This document shows, piece by piece, positions 49,872 through 59,587 of a stretch of DNA of 64,000 nucleotides. The stretch's first letter is position 1; the number at the start of each line of letters is the position of its first letter. The notes under the pieces were generated by a model. That model had not been told where the DNA came from and made no database searches. It was given only the letters and a program-made list of their open reading frames with translations. Source of the DNA: Chlorobiaceae bacterium (lineage in GTDB: Bacteria; Bacteroidota; Ignavibacteria; UBA10030; SZUA-254); the NCBI GenBank assembly GCA_013824245.1, contig PNNN01000011.1, positions 43,396 to 107,395 of the forward strand. The letters run 5' to 3'. A program made the translations under genes and the position numbers.

Positions 49872-51101
49872 TTGAAGACAATAATGAAAAAACGACTTTG
49901 GATTATTTCCGAATTTTACTATCCCGATGAAAACGCAACTGGTCATTTAATCACCGAGATGGCTGAAAGGCTATCTATTGATGATGAAGTTCATGTTCTG
50001 TCTGGTCCTCGTATGAATCAATCAGCTAAAATAAAGGAATATTCTTACGTGCGGAATGGCGTAGTTGTTGAACGACTTCGAGCATCCACCTATAATAAAA
50101 ATATTCTTGTGCTTCGATTAATAAATATTATTACGTTGAGCATACAACTATTATTTCGACTTCTTCAAGTATTGTATCAAGGCGATCATATCCTTGTTGT
50201 TACTAATCCACCATCTTTTCCATTTATCGTTGCTATTGTTAGTAGATTGAAAAAAACATTCTATTCGGTGTTGTTGTTTGATGTCTATCCTGACGTACTT
50301 ATTGCCACGGGATTATTGAAAGATAAAAATCCATTGGTGGGTTTGATGAATAAAGCGGCAAGCTTTATTTTAATAGGAGCAGAGCATGTTATTGTATTAG
50401 GACGCGATGTGCGCAAACTTGTAAAGGATAAATATAAAAAAACTGAAAACCTTGAAATAATACCTCTTTGGGGAGATGTTCAACATATTGTGCCGATGGA
50501 TAAAAAATGTAATCCAATTTTAAAAGAGCATTCTTTTGAAAACAACTTCGTTGTTTTGTATGTTGGCAACATCGGTCGAACTCATAATGTTGAACTTCTT
50601 GTTCAATGCGCCCAATTGCTTATAAATAAATCTGATATTTCATTCTTGTTCATTGGCGATGGTGCGAAAAAAAAATGGTTGGATAACCGTATTGCAGAAC
50701 TCGGTCTTTGCAATATCAAAACACACACATTTTATTCTCGAACTAGACAGTCTGATGTTCATTCGGCAGGAGATATAGCCGTCGTATCTTTTATTCCCGG
50801 TATGGCTGGTATATCGGTCCCAAGTAGGATGTATAATATTATGGCGGGGGGGAAGCCGATTCTGGCTATTGCAGATGAGAAATCTGAATTGGCAATGGTA
50901 GTACGCGAAGAAAACATCGGCTGGGTGATATCTTCTTATAATGCTCAAGATGTAGTAGATGTGATTTTAACTGCAAAAAATAAGGAAACGGAGTTGCTTG
51001 AAATGGGTGCTCGAGCAAGAAAGGTAGTTGAAGAAAAATATACTCTCGAAAGAATTATATTGAGGTATAAAAATTTAATCCTATATGATAATAACAGGTA
51101 A
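49872..51101 (+). CDS. glycosyltransferase family 4 (WbuB-like)
   Basis: KKRLWIISEFYYPDENATGH N-terminus typical of WbuB-like GT4. C-terminal GT-B domain. Confidence 0.8.
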   Translation: MKTIMKKRLWIISEFYYPDENATGHLITEMAERLSIDDEVHVLSGPRMNQSAKIKEYSYVRNGVVVERLRASTYNKNILVLRLINIITLSIQLLFRLLQVLYQGDHILVVTNPPSFPFIVAIVSRLKKTFYSVLLFDVYPDVLIATGLLKDKNPLVGLMNKAASFILIGAEHVIVLGRDVRKLVKDKYKKTENLEIIPLWGDVQHIVPMDKKCNPILKEHSFENNFVVLYVGNIGRTHNVELLVQCAQLLINKSDISFLFIGDGAKKKWLDNRIAELGLCNIKTHTFYSRTRQSDVHSAGDIAVVSFIPGMAGISVPSRMYNIMAGGKPILAIADEKSELAMVVREENIGWVISSYNAQDVVDVILTAKNKETELLEMGARARKVVEEKYTLERIILRYKNLILYDNNR

Positions 51102-51236
51102 TATGAAAACCACCCTCGGTTTTGCCAATATGTGGCCGGAGATCATTAAGACCACCGTGGTTATTTTAGATGGATTATTAATGATAAGCCCTTATAATTT
51201 TTTATAAAATATAAAAATAATGAATTTATTTAAGAA

Positions 51237-52637
51237 ATGAAGATAGAACAAAAAGATTCCAAAGTAGTTTTCTTTATTGATCTTTTTATGATCAATGCTG
51301 GGTGGTTGCTCTACTACCTCCTCCGTATCCGTAGCGGTTGGCTGACATATTCTACAGAACCCGATTTTATCATTCCAATGATCGCGGTTGGTATATTTTG
51401 GCTTATCATATTTTTCTTCTTCGGACTTTACCGCCCGTGGTATGCAAAATCTCGTTTCGATGAATTCGCTACCATTTTTAAAGCGACAACCTTTGGCGTG
51501 TTGTTTTTATTTTTCGCAATATTCATAGACGACGGAGGTGTTGGCTCGCCACTCAAATCGCGGTTGCTTATTCTGTTATATTGGGTGTTAATGCTGACTT
51601 TTGTTGGCTCGGGTCGTTTTTTGATGCATACTTTTCAGCGCCGTTTGCTGATGGCTGGCATCGGTTTACGCAACACTCTGATTGTCGGCTGGTCTGATAA
51701 GGCGAGAGAACTTTTTAACTCTGTAAAAAATTCTCCCGCGCTCGGTTATAAGATTATTGGTTTTGTTCCGGTTATCAACGGAGAAAATGATACTGAGTAT
51801 GACGGCATCCCAATAAAAGGTTCTGTTGATGATCTTCCAAAGCTTGTCGATGAAAATAATGTGAGAGAGATCCTTATAGCTCTTGATTCTTCGGAACATG
51901 ATAACCTGCTTCGCATTATTGCCACTTGCAATACAAAGCCGGTTGGACTAAAAATTATTCCTGACCTGTATGATATCATCAGCGGTCAGGCACGGACAAA
52001 CCAAATCTATGGTTTTCCTCTTATTGAGATTATGCCTGAGATAATGCAGCCATGGGAGCGGGCGATCAAGAGAACGATTGATATTATGTTCTCAGCAATA
52101 GTACTTTTGATTGGATTGCCAATTTGGATTATTGTTGCAATTGCAATCAAGCTTGATACAAAAGGTCCGGTGTTTTACACTCAAGATCGTGTAGGAAAAG
52201 ATGAAAAACATTTCCCGATAATAAAATTCCGCACTATGTTTGCGAACGCCGAAAGTGAATCGGGACCTGTGTGGGCAAACAAGCAAGACCCGCGTGTTAC
52301 TCGTGTTGGTAAAATTTTAAGAAAGCTCCGCATCGATGAAATTCCACAGCTTATTAACATTTTAGACGGAAACATGAGTTTGGTAGGTCCTCGTCCCGAG
52401 AGACCATTTTTTGTTGAACAGCTTTCTAAGGAAATTCCGCTTTACAAACGCCGACTTAAAGTGCGCCCCGGAATCACCGGCTGGGCGCAGGTTAAACACA
52501 AATACGATGAAAATATAGAGGATGTAAAAAAGAAAGTTCAATATGATCTCTTTTATATTGAAAATATGTCGCTCAGAATGGATTTTAAAATTCTTCTCAA
52601 CACTATTTCGGTAGTATTATTAGGAAAAGGACACTGA
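51237..52637 (+). CDS. wbaP: undecaprenyl-phosphate sugar phosphotransferase (WbaP/exopolysaccharide polyprenyl glycosylphosphotransferase family)
   Basis: N-terminal TM helices, a central CoA-binding-like domain, and a C-terminal bacterial sugar transferase domain (KRTIDIMFSAIVLLIGLPIWIIVAIAIKLDTKGPVFYTQDRVGKDEKHFPIIKFRTM...PQLINILDGNMSLVGPRPE). Confidence 0.85.
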   Translation: MKIEQKDSKVVFFIDLFMINAGWLLYYLLRIRSGWLTYSTEPDFIIPMIAVGIFWLIIFFFFGLYRPWYAKSRFDEFATIFKATTFGVLFLFFAIFIDDGGVGSPLKSRLLILLYWVLMLTFVGSGRFLMHTFQRRLLMAGIGLRNTLIVGWSDKARELFNSVKNSPALGYKIIGFVPVINGENDTEYDGIPIKGSVDDLPKLVDENNVREILIALDSSEHDNLLRIIATCNTKPVGLKIIPDLYDIISGQARTNQIYGFPLIEIMPEIMQPWERAIKRTIDIMFSAIVLLIGLPIWIIVAIAIKLDTKGPVFYTQDRVGKDEKHFPIIKFRTMFANAESESGPVWANKQDPRVTRVGKILRKLRIDEIPQLINILDGNMSLVGPRPERPFFVEQLSKEIPLYKRRLKVRPGITGWAQVKHKYDENIEDVKKKVQYDLFYIENMSLRMDFKILLNTISVVLLGKGH

Positions 52638-54301
52638 TGAATATTCGATATTCGATATTCGATGTTCGATTTTTGAGCAGGTTAACAGTATGGTTATGGT
52701 TGGTGATTATCTCGATTAGTACCGTTTCGTTATCCCAGATCGAAAACGTTCCTGTGAATAATCAGGTGTATGAATTTCTTGACAGAATGGGAGTGAAGGG
52801 AATTCTCCCACTCTATAGCAACACGATGATTCCGATATCTCGAAAAGAAGTCGCGGAATTATTGATGAGTATCGATCATAAGCGTAATGGACTGAATAAT
52901 ATCGAGATTGAATTTATCGATAAGTTTAAGATCGAATTCATGCACGAGATTGATCCTGCCAAAGAAAATCCGGCTGTTCTTTTTCGCGGAAGTTCTTTCG
53001 GCGATCTTCTTTCCGAGAAAGAAAAATATCTTTACGATTTCAGAGATTCAACAATATCTTTTTATATGGAATTTATTGGTTCGCTGGAACAGCGGCAAAT
53101 TTCGGGTGATAGTTACGGTTCGGCACATTCCACATTCGAGGAACATGGAGGCAGAATTCGCGGAACTATCAAGAATCGGTTAGGATATTATTTGCAAGCG
53201 ACAAATGGAACGATGTATGGCAACAGAGAATTTGCGTTATCGGATCCACGATTGAAAGGGAATGTGAAGCTCAACGATCTTGATTCGCCATATTTCGATT
53301 TTACAGAGGCATATCTTCGTGCCGATCTTGATTGGTTCAATCTCGAGTTCGGTCGAGAGCATAATATGATTGGAACCGGATATTCCGACCGCCTGCTTCT
53401 TTCGGCTAATGCGCCTGTATTCGACTTTTTGAAATTAGATTTCCAGTACAAATCGTTTAGATTTTTGTTCATGCAGGGCTCGCTTGTCGATCCAATGTCG
53501 TCATCGAATAAATATCTCGCACTTCATCGCGCTCAGTTTTCCCTTTTTGATATAATGAATGTCGGAATTTCGGAAATGATAATATACCAGCGTAATTCGG
53601 TTGATTTTGCTTATATGAATCCGATTAATTTCTATAAATCATCGGAACATTCGCTTCGCGACAAGGATAATGCTTTCTTAAATTTCGATCTTGAAATATT
53701 TCCGTTCCCCGGATATAAATGTTACGGTACATGGCTCATCGATGATATGGATTTTAAAAAAATGGGAACCGGTTGGTGGGGAAACGAGTTTGGCTGGCAG
53801 GGCGGTCTTATGGTAGCTGATCTTGCCGGCTTTGAAAATATCGATGGCTATGTTGAGTACACTCGTTTAGAACCGTATGTATACAGTAACCGACTCAATG
53901 GCAATTCTTTTACGAATAACTCCATTGGCTTGGGTCATCATCTGCAACCAAATTCCAATGAACTGGTAGTGCAATTTGCTTACCGCCCGATGAAACAACT
54001 GCGTACCTGGGTTAGTTTTGGAACATCGCGCCACGGAGAAAACAAAGTTATTGATGGAGTGGTTTTAGAAAATTACGGTGGCGATATAGTTCAAGGTCAC
54101 CGTCAGTTTGATTCAGAAACAGCAAAGTTTTTAGACGGCGATTTGGTAACAGCAAATCGTTTACAATTGAAAGCAATTTATGAACCGATAACGAATATTT
54201 TCATTTCAGGTCTGTATGAATTTCAACGGATTAAGAAAGATGTTCTCAGTATTACAGAAAACAATCATTACGGTTCAATAAGATTATCGGTAGAATATTA
54301 A
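52637..54301 (+). CDS. wzi: capsule assembly Wzi-like outer-membrane protein
   Basis: Signal peptide, then the NQVYEFLDRMGVKGIL motif characteristic of the Wzi N-terminus. The body is large, beta-rich and rich in Tyr/Gly/Asn. The ATG overlaps the wbaP stop (ATGA). Confidence 0.55.
   Translation: MNIRYSIFDVRFLSRLTVWLWLVIISISTVSLSQIENVPVNNQVYEFLDRMGVKGILPLYSNTMIPISRKEVAELLMSIDHKRNGLNNIEIEFIDKFKIEFMHEIDPAKENPAVLFRGSSFGDLLSEKEKYLYDFRDSTISFYMEFIGSLEQRQISGDSYGSAHSTFEEHGGRIRGTIKNRLGYYLQATNGTMYGNREFALSDPRLKGNVKLNDLDSPYFDFTEAYLRADLDWFNLEFGREHNMIGTGYSDRLLLSANAPVFDFLKLDFQYKSFRFLFMQGSLVDPMSSSNKYLALHRAQFSLFDIMNVGISEMIIYQRNSVDFAYMNPINFYKSSEHSLRDKDNAFLNFDLEIFPFPGYKCYGTWLIDDMDFKKMGTGWWGNEFGWQGGLMVADLAGFENIDGYVEYTRLEPYVYSNRLNGNSFTNNSIGLGHHLQPNSNELVVQFAYRPMKQLRTWVSFGTSRHGENKVIDGVVLENYGGDIVQGHRQFDSETAKFLDGDLVTANRLQLKAIYEPITNIFISGLYEFQRIKKDVLSITENNHYGSIRLSVEY
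52641..52675 (+). repeat. (ATATTCG)-like x5 heptanucleotide tandem array at the wbaP/wzi junction
   Basis: ATATTCG ATATTCG ATATTCG ATGTTCG ATTTTTG sits inside the first codons of wzi. Confidence 0.8.
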
Positions 54302-54331
54302 TTCAAATAATCATTAAGTGAAATCTTCTTT

Positions 54332-55048
54332 ATGCCAAAAACACTTGTAGTAACTCCAACTTATGATGAAGCGGAAAACATCGAAAAATTTATCGGACAG
54401 GTTCTCGGCGAATCTCCCGATATCGAAATCCTTGTTGTGGATGATAACTCGCCGGATGGAACGGGAAATATCGTCGAGAAAATGCAATCGCAAAATCCGC
54501 GGATCCATTTGATTCGTCGTGCCGGAAAAATGGGGCTTGGAACGGCTTACGTTGCAGGGTTCAAATATGCGATAGAAAATAAATTCGATTTCGTTTGTGA
54601 AATGGACGCCGATTTTTCGCATAGTCCCGACGAGCTTCCAAACTTTATCGAAAAAATTAAGAGCTGTGATCTCGTGATAGGTTCGCGTTACACAAATGGT
54701 GTACGTGTTATCAATTGGCCCATCCGACGTTTAATTCTTAGCTATGGAGCAAATGTTTACACTCGTGTGATTACGGGAATGCCGGTCAAAGATGCAACAG
54801 GCGGTTTTAAATGTTTTCGCAGGCAGGTTTTAGAGGCGATTGATTTAGATAAAATACATTCCAACGGTTATGCTTTTCAGATTGAGATGAATTATAAAGC
54901 ATGGAATAAAGGTTTCAAGTTGTTGGAACATCCGATAATATTCATGGACAGACAATCGGGAGTTTCCAAAATGTCGAAGAAGATAGTTTACGAAGCGGTT
55001 TTTATGGTTTGGAAATTAAAGTTTCAACAAATTTTTGGCAAGCTTTAA
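54332..55048 (+). CDS. polyprenyl-phosphate mannose/glycose synthase (Dpm1-like GT2)
   Basis: TLVVTPTYDEAENI...ILVVDDNSPDGTG...GTAYVAGF is the dolichyl-phosphate mannosyltransferase-like GT2 signature. Confidence 0.8.
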   Translation: MPKTLVVTPTYDEAENIEKFIGQVLGESPDIEILVVDDNSPDGTGNIVEKMQSQNPRIHLIRRAGKMGLGTAYVAGFKYAIENKFDFVCEMDADFSHSPDELPNFIEKIKSCDLVIGSRYTNGVRVINWPIRRLILSYGANVYTRVITGMPVKDATGGFKCFRRQVLEAIDLDKIHSNGYAFQIEMNYKAWNKGFKLLEHPIIFMDRQSGVSKMSKKIVYEAVFMVWKLKFQQIFGKL

Positions 55049-55056
55049 TATCAGCG

Positions 55057-57069
55057 ATGCAAGTTTCTGTAATCATAGTAAATTATAATGTCCGGGCGTT
55101 CTTAGAAAATTCTCTGAACTCCGTTATGAAGGCGCTTGCCGGCATCGATGGCGAAATAATCGTTGTCGATAACGCATCCGACGACGGCAGTATAGAGATG
55201 GTGAGACAAAAATTTCCTCAAGTCAAATTAATTGTAAATGATAATAATGTAGGATTTGCAGCAGCGAATAATGCAGGTATTCGTATAGCCAAAGGAGATT
55301 ATCTTCTATTATTAAATCCTGATACGATTCTTCAAGAGAACACGATTACGATAATGTTGAATTTTCTTGAAAGCAATAAAGATGTTGGATTGGCTGGCTG
55401 CAAGATATTAAATCCTGATGGTACTCTGCAGCTTGCGTGTCGTCGCAGTTTCCCAACGCCATGGGTTGCATTTACAAAAATAATTGGGTTGAGCGCGCTC
55501 TTCCCAAAAATTCCTCTTTTCGGAAAATACAATCTTGAATATCTCGCTCCCGATAAATCTTACGAAGTAGATGCCGTCAGCGGCTCTTTTATGTTTCTCC
55601 AGCGCAAAGTTGCTGAAGAAGTTGGCGGACTTGACGAGCAGTTCTTTATGTACGGTGAAGACCTCGACTGGTGCTACCGTATTAAAAAAGCAGGTTGGAA
55701 AATATTTTATGTTCACAAAACTCAAGTGATCCATTACAAAGGAGAAAGCGTACGCCGCAGTAATATTGATGAGGTGAAATTGTTTTACGAAGCGATGCGG
55801 CTATTTGTGAAAAAGCATTTCTCGAAGGGATTAATCTCGACAGGTTTATTGAGTTTCGGAATTGCCGCCAGAGAATTTGCCGCTTCGATAAGCAAATCGA
55901 TCCGTCAATTGCAAGCTCCGATATTGGATTTTATCTTTGTAAACTTATCTTTATTAATCGGAGAATATCTTTGGTTCGGTGAAATATTGCACTTTCCTTC
56001 TCATGCGTATCCGATTATTTTTATCATTCCCGCTTTTATCATAATTGGATCGATGTATTTTTTCGGTATCTACACAAAGCGGAAATTATCGGCAACACAT
56101 GCGAGCGGCTCGGTGATATTTGGATATATTATTCTTTCAGCGCTGACGTTTTTTTTCAAACAATATGGCTTCAGCAGAATGGTTGTCGTAATATCGGGTG
56201 TTCTTAATTTTTTCTTATTGCCCGGATGGAGATTGATGGCGCGCGCCATTTTGAAATCTCCTGAACATCAAAAAAGAAGTTTATTCGGGCGCAGAACTCT
56301 TATCGTCGGAGTCGATAGAAAAGGAGAGGAACTGTTGCGTAAACTCCGAACCCGAGTCGACGACGGCTACGAAGTATTGGGGTTCATCGATTTGTCTCGA
56401 AAAAATATCGGGGATAAAATAAGCGGAGTTGAAATTCTCGGAAGTATTGATAATATTGGTAAGGTTATTGAAGAAAAAAGAGTTTCAGAAGTGATATTTT
56501 CAACAGATTCACTTCCTTATGCCGATATCCTAACGGTTATTGCGCGAGGCACAAACAGGGCGGTGAACTTCAGAATGGTTCCGAGTAGTCTTGATGTTAT
56601 TATCGGCAAAACGCATATCGATGAACTGGATGATATACCGTTGGTCGATATCGACTATAATATCAATAAAACATCCAGGCGAATTCTGAAAAGAATATTC
56701 GATATGACAATTGCCGGTATTTTATTGTTGTTTGTTTATCCGTTTGTAATAATAAAAAATAAATCGTCGGCCCGGTTAGGAAGATTCGGAAAAAAAATTA
56801 TATTAATTCCAGATGTTATGAAAGGTGTATTGAGTTTGGTTGGACCTCCTAGTTATTTATCCAGATCGGATGATAATAAGGTGCACGAATATTGCGGAAA
56901 ATATGGACTGACCGGACTAGTTCAACTGAATTATCGAAACGATCTTACAAACGAGGAGATTGAAAAATATAATTTGTATTATGCAAAGAATCAATCGTTG
57001 GTTCTCGATTTAGAGATTTTGATAAAGACAATAATTATGATCATGAAGAAGGAAAATATTGATGGCTAA
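55057..57069 (+). CDS. fusion protein: N-terminal GT2 glycosyltransferase + multi-TM region + C-terminal degenerate WbaP-like sugar-transferase domain
   Basis: [12 protein letters not shown]...[10 protein letters not shown]...LLNPD (GT2), then TM helices. A WbaP-like linker follows ([12 protein letters not shown]...EVLGFID...VSEVIFS), then [22 protein letters not shown]...LSLVGPP, which resembles the sugar-transferase domain but lacks the KFRTM and PQL motifs. Confidence 0.7.
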   Translation: MQVSVIIVNYNVRAFLENSLNSVMKALAGIDGEIIVVDNASDDGSIEMVRQKFPQVKLIVNDNNVGFAAANNAGIRIAKGDYLLLLNPDTILQENTITIMLNFLESNKDVGLAGCKILNPDGTLQLACRRSFPTPWVAFTKIIGLSALFPKIPLFGKYNLEYLAPDKSYEVDAVSGSFMFLQRKVAEEVGGLDEQFFMYGEDLDWCYRIKKAGWKIFYVHKTQVIHYKGESVRRSNIDEVKLFYEAMRLFVKKHFSKGLISTGLLSFGIAAREFAASISKSIRQLQAPILDFIFVNLSLLIGEYLWFGEILHFPSHAYPIIFIIPAFIIIGSMYFFGIYTKRKLSATHASGSVIFGYIILSALTFFFKQYGFSRMVVVISGVLNFFLLPGWRLMARAILKSPEHQKRSLFGRRTLIVGVDRKGEELLRKLRTRVDDGYEVLGFIDLSRKNIGDKISGVEILGSIDNIGKVIEEKRVSEVIFSTDSLPYADILTVIARGTNRAVNFRMVPSSLDVIIGKTHIDELDDIPLVDIDYNINKTSRRILKRIFDMTIAGILLLFVYPFVIIKNKSSARLGRFGKKIILIPDVMKGVLSLVGPPSYLSRSDDNKVHEYCGKYGLTGLVQLNYRNDLTNEEIEKYNLYYAKNQSLVLDLEILIKTIIMIMKKENIDG

Positions 57070-58012
57070 AACGGTACTCGAATTTGAAAAGCCGATAATT
57101 GAATTGGAAAAGAAGATAGCGGAAATGAAAAAATATTCCGAGTCGCTTGATCTCGGTGAAGAAATAACTACGTTGGAAGAAAAAGTCAATCAACTCCGGA
57201 AATCAGTTTATGAAGGATTAACTCGCTGGCAAAAAGTACAACTTGCTCGTCATCCTGATAGACCATACACACTCGACTATATAAATATGATGACAACCGA
57301 TTTTATTGAACTTCACGGTGATCGTTCGTTTCGTGATGATAAAGCGGTGGTGGGCGGACTTGCTTTCTTGGATAGTGAACCTGTGATGATAATCGGTCAG
57401 CAGAAAGGGCGAGATACAAAATCGAATGTCTACCGAAATTTTGGGATGATGAATCCGGAAGGTTATCGCAAAGCGCTCAGGTTAATGAAGCTCGCGGCAA
57501 AATTTAAACGACCGGTGATTACGCTTATCGATACACCAGGAGCTTTTCCCGGATTAGAAGCGGAAGAACGTGGACAAGCCGAAGCTATTGCCAGAAATTT
57601 ATTTGAAATGTCGCATCTTCCCACTCCAATTGTTATCGTCATTATTGGTGAAGGAGCGTCAGGCGGCGCGCTCGGTCTTGGTGTTGGCGATCGAGTTTTG
57701 ATGATGGAAAATACATGGTACTCGGTAATTTCTCCTGAGTCGTGCTCTAGCATTCTCTGGAGAAGTTGGAGTTTTAAAGAGCAAGCCGCCGAAGCACTGA
57801 AGTTAACCGCGCCTGATTTACTTGCTCAGGGGATTATTGATCGAATAATACCGGAACCTCTCGGCGGTGCACACCGTAATCCTCCTCAAGCCGCGGAAAT
57901 ATTAAAGGGAATTCTTTTAGAAGAAATATCAAAACTTAAGAAACTTAAAACTGAAAAATTAATTGAGAAACGCATCGATAAATTTTCGAAGATGGGAGAG
58001 TATGAAGAGTAA
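57062..58012 (+). CDS. accA: acetyl-CoA carboxylase carboxyltransferase alpha subunit
   Basis: [14 protein letters not shown]...[12 protein letters not shown]...[10 protein letters not shown] is conserved AccA throughout. Confidence 0.95.
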   Translation: MAKTVLEFEKPIIELEKKIAEMKKYSESLDLGEEITTLEEKVNQLRKSVYEGLTRWQKVQLARHPDRPYTLDYINMMTTDFIELHGDRSFRDDKAVVGGLAFLDSEPVMIIGQQKGRDTKSNVYRNFGMMNPEGYRKALRLMKLAAKFKRPVITLIDTPGAFPGLEAEERGQAEAIARNLFEMSHLPTPIVIVIIGEGASGGALGLGVGDRVLMMENTWYSVISPESCSSILWRSWSFKEQAAEALKLTAPDLLAQGIIDRIIPEPLGGAHRNPPQAAEILKGILLEEISKLKKLKTEKLIEKRIDKFSKMGEYEE

Positions 58013-58065
58013 ATGCAAAAGTCAAAATTAAAAATTAAAAAAGATAAACCTATTTACTTACCGAT

Positions 58066-58533
58066 TTGTTCGCATATCGAATATCTCACATCTCATTGCC
58101 AAATATGATTTTCAGCAAGACTAAAATCCGTGTGCGTTATGCAGATACCGATCAGATGAAGATGGTGTATCATTCCAAATATCTTGAGTATTTCGAACAG
58201 GGGCGTTCCGATTTGTTGCGTGAAATCGGGATTCCCTATCCTAAAATTGAAGAAATGGGAATTTATTTACCTGTTATTGAAGCTCATGCAAAATTTATTA
58301 AAGCGGCACGATACGATGATCTTCTTATTGTAACAACCATGCTGACGGAAGAACCGCAAGCGCGTATCACAATCGAATATGCAATACTCAATTCGGAATC
58401 TACTGAATTACTTGTTGCGGGATATACAAAACATGGTTTCGTGAATGCCTCGACCGGAAAGCCGACCCGCGCCCCGAAAATATTTCTCGATATTGTATCT
58501 AAATTATTTACCGATTCACATAAAAAGGAATAA
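58066..58533 (+). CDS. acyl-CoA thioesterase (hotdog fold, YbgC/4HBT-like; probable true start MIFSKTK at about 58105)
   Basis: IRVRYADTDQMKMVYHSKYLEYFEQGRSDLLREIG is the 4HBT thioesterase motif with the catalytic Asp. Confidence 0.75.
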   Translation: MFAYRISHISLPNMIFSKTKIRVRYADTDQMKMVYHSKYLEYFEQGRSDLLREIGIPYPKIEEMGIYLPVIEAHAKFIKAARYDDLLIVTTMLTEEPQARITIEYAILNSESTELLVAGYTKHGFVNASTGKPTRAPKIFLDIVSKLFTDSHKKE

Positions 58534-58545
58534 GGAGACGATTGG

Positions 58546-58734
58546 ATGCTATCGAACGAATTGTTGAAAATAATCTGTTGTCCGAAATGTCTTGGAGAAT
58601 TGGATTATAACCAAAAAGAAAACCAACTAAGATGTATAAAATGCAATATGATTTATAGAATCGAAAATGATATTCCAATATTAATAATTGATGATGATAT
58701 TTCGGAGGGAAATGATGGATCAGTATTACGATAA
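58546..58734 (+). CDS. Trm112 family protein
   Basis: 62 aa, LKIICCPKC...LRCIKCNMIYRIENDIPILIIDD, a zinc-ribbon-like Trm112/YcaR signature. Confidence 0.7.
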   Translation: MLSNELLKIICCPKCLGELDYNQKENQLRCIKCNMIYRIENDIPILIIDDDISEGNDGSVLR

Positions 58735-59587
58735 CGGACATCTTAATCAAATAATTCAAGAAGCCATAGTTGAAGATGTTGGACTTGGAGATATAACCAC
58801 CGAGTCGATTGTATCTCACGATTTATTAGGGCACGGTGAAATGCGCGCTAAGGAACAGGGGATTGTAGCAGGAGTTGCGATCGCTGAAAAAATATTTCAT
58901 TTTATCGATCCGGAATTGCAGTTCAAACGATTCATAACCGATGGATCGGTTGTAGACACTAATACGATTATCAATGCGGTTGATGGTTCATTCGGATCTA
59001 TCTTAAAAGCTGAGCGCACGGTACTAAATATTGTTCAGCGCATGAGCGGCATAGCAACCATGACCGCAAAATTTGTGGATGCGGTTCGTGGAACGCACGC
59101 AAAAATAACCGATACACGTAAAACTGCGCCTGGGTTACGGTATTTAGATAAATTATCTGTAAAATTAGGCGGCGGCACAAACCATAGATTCGGATTAGAC
59201 GATATGGTTCTGATTAAAGACAATCATATTGCAGCCGCGGGCGGAATATCTCAGGCGATTGAACTCTGTCTAAATTACTTGCACACAAAAAAATATAAAA
59301 TAAAAATCGAAGTTGAAACTAAAAATCTTGATGAAGTGAAAGAGGTTTTAAAGTTTGAAGAAATCCGCCGTATCATGCTCGATAACTATTCAATTGATGA
59401 AATGAAAAAAGCGGTTGAATTTATCAGTCAGCGTGTGGAGGTAGAAGCTTCCGGCAATGTAACATTGCAAAATGTTCGAACAGTTGCGGAAACAGGCGTC
59501 GATTTTATTTCTGTCGGAGCTCTGACACATTCTCCAAAAGCGCTCGATATTTCTTTAAAGGTTATTCACTTACCAAAATCTTCCTGA
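58712..59587 (+). CDS. nadC: nicotinate-nucleotide diphosphorylase (quinolinate phosphoribosyltransferase)
   Basis: GDITTESIV...TRKTAPGLR...GGGTNHRFGLDDMVLIKDNH are conserved NadC motifs. GGAGGGA RBS. Confidence 0.9.
   Translation: MMDQYYDNGHLNQIIQEAIVEDVGLGDITTESIVSHDLLGHGEMRAKEQGIVAGVAIAEKIFHFIDPELQFKRFITDGSVVDTNTIINAVDGSFGSILKAERTVLNIVQRMSGIATMTAKFVDAVRGTHAKITDTRKTAPGLRYLDKLSVKLGGGTNHRFGLDDMVLIKDNHIAAAGGISQAIELCLNYLHTKKYKIKIEVETKNLDEVKEVLKFEEIRRIMLDNYSIDEMKKAVEFISQRVEVEASGNVTLQNVRTVAETGVDFISVGALTHSPKALDISLKVIHLPKSS

Noticed and set aside
29065-52675. Heptad arrays considered as CRISPR-like arrays
   Set aside because: Units are 7 bp with no unique spacers, arrays are at most 40 bp, and no cas genes are present. 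They are tandem microsatellite-like repeats, not CRISPR.
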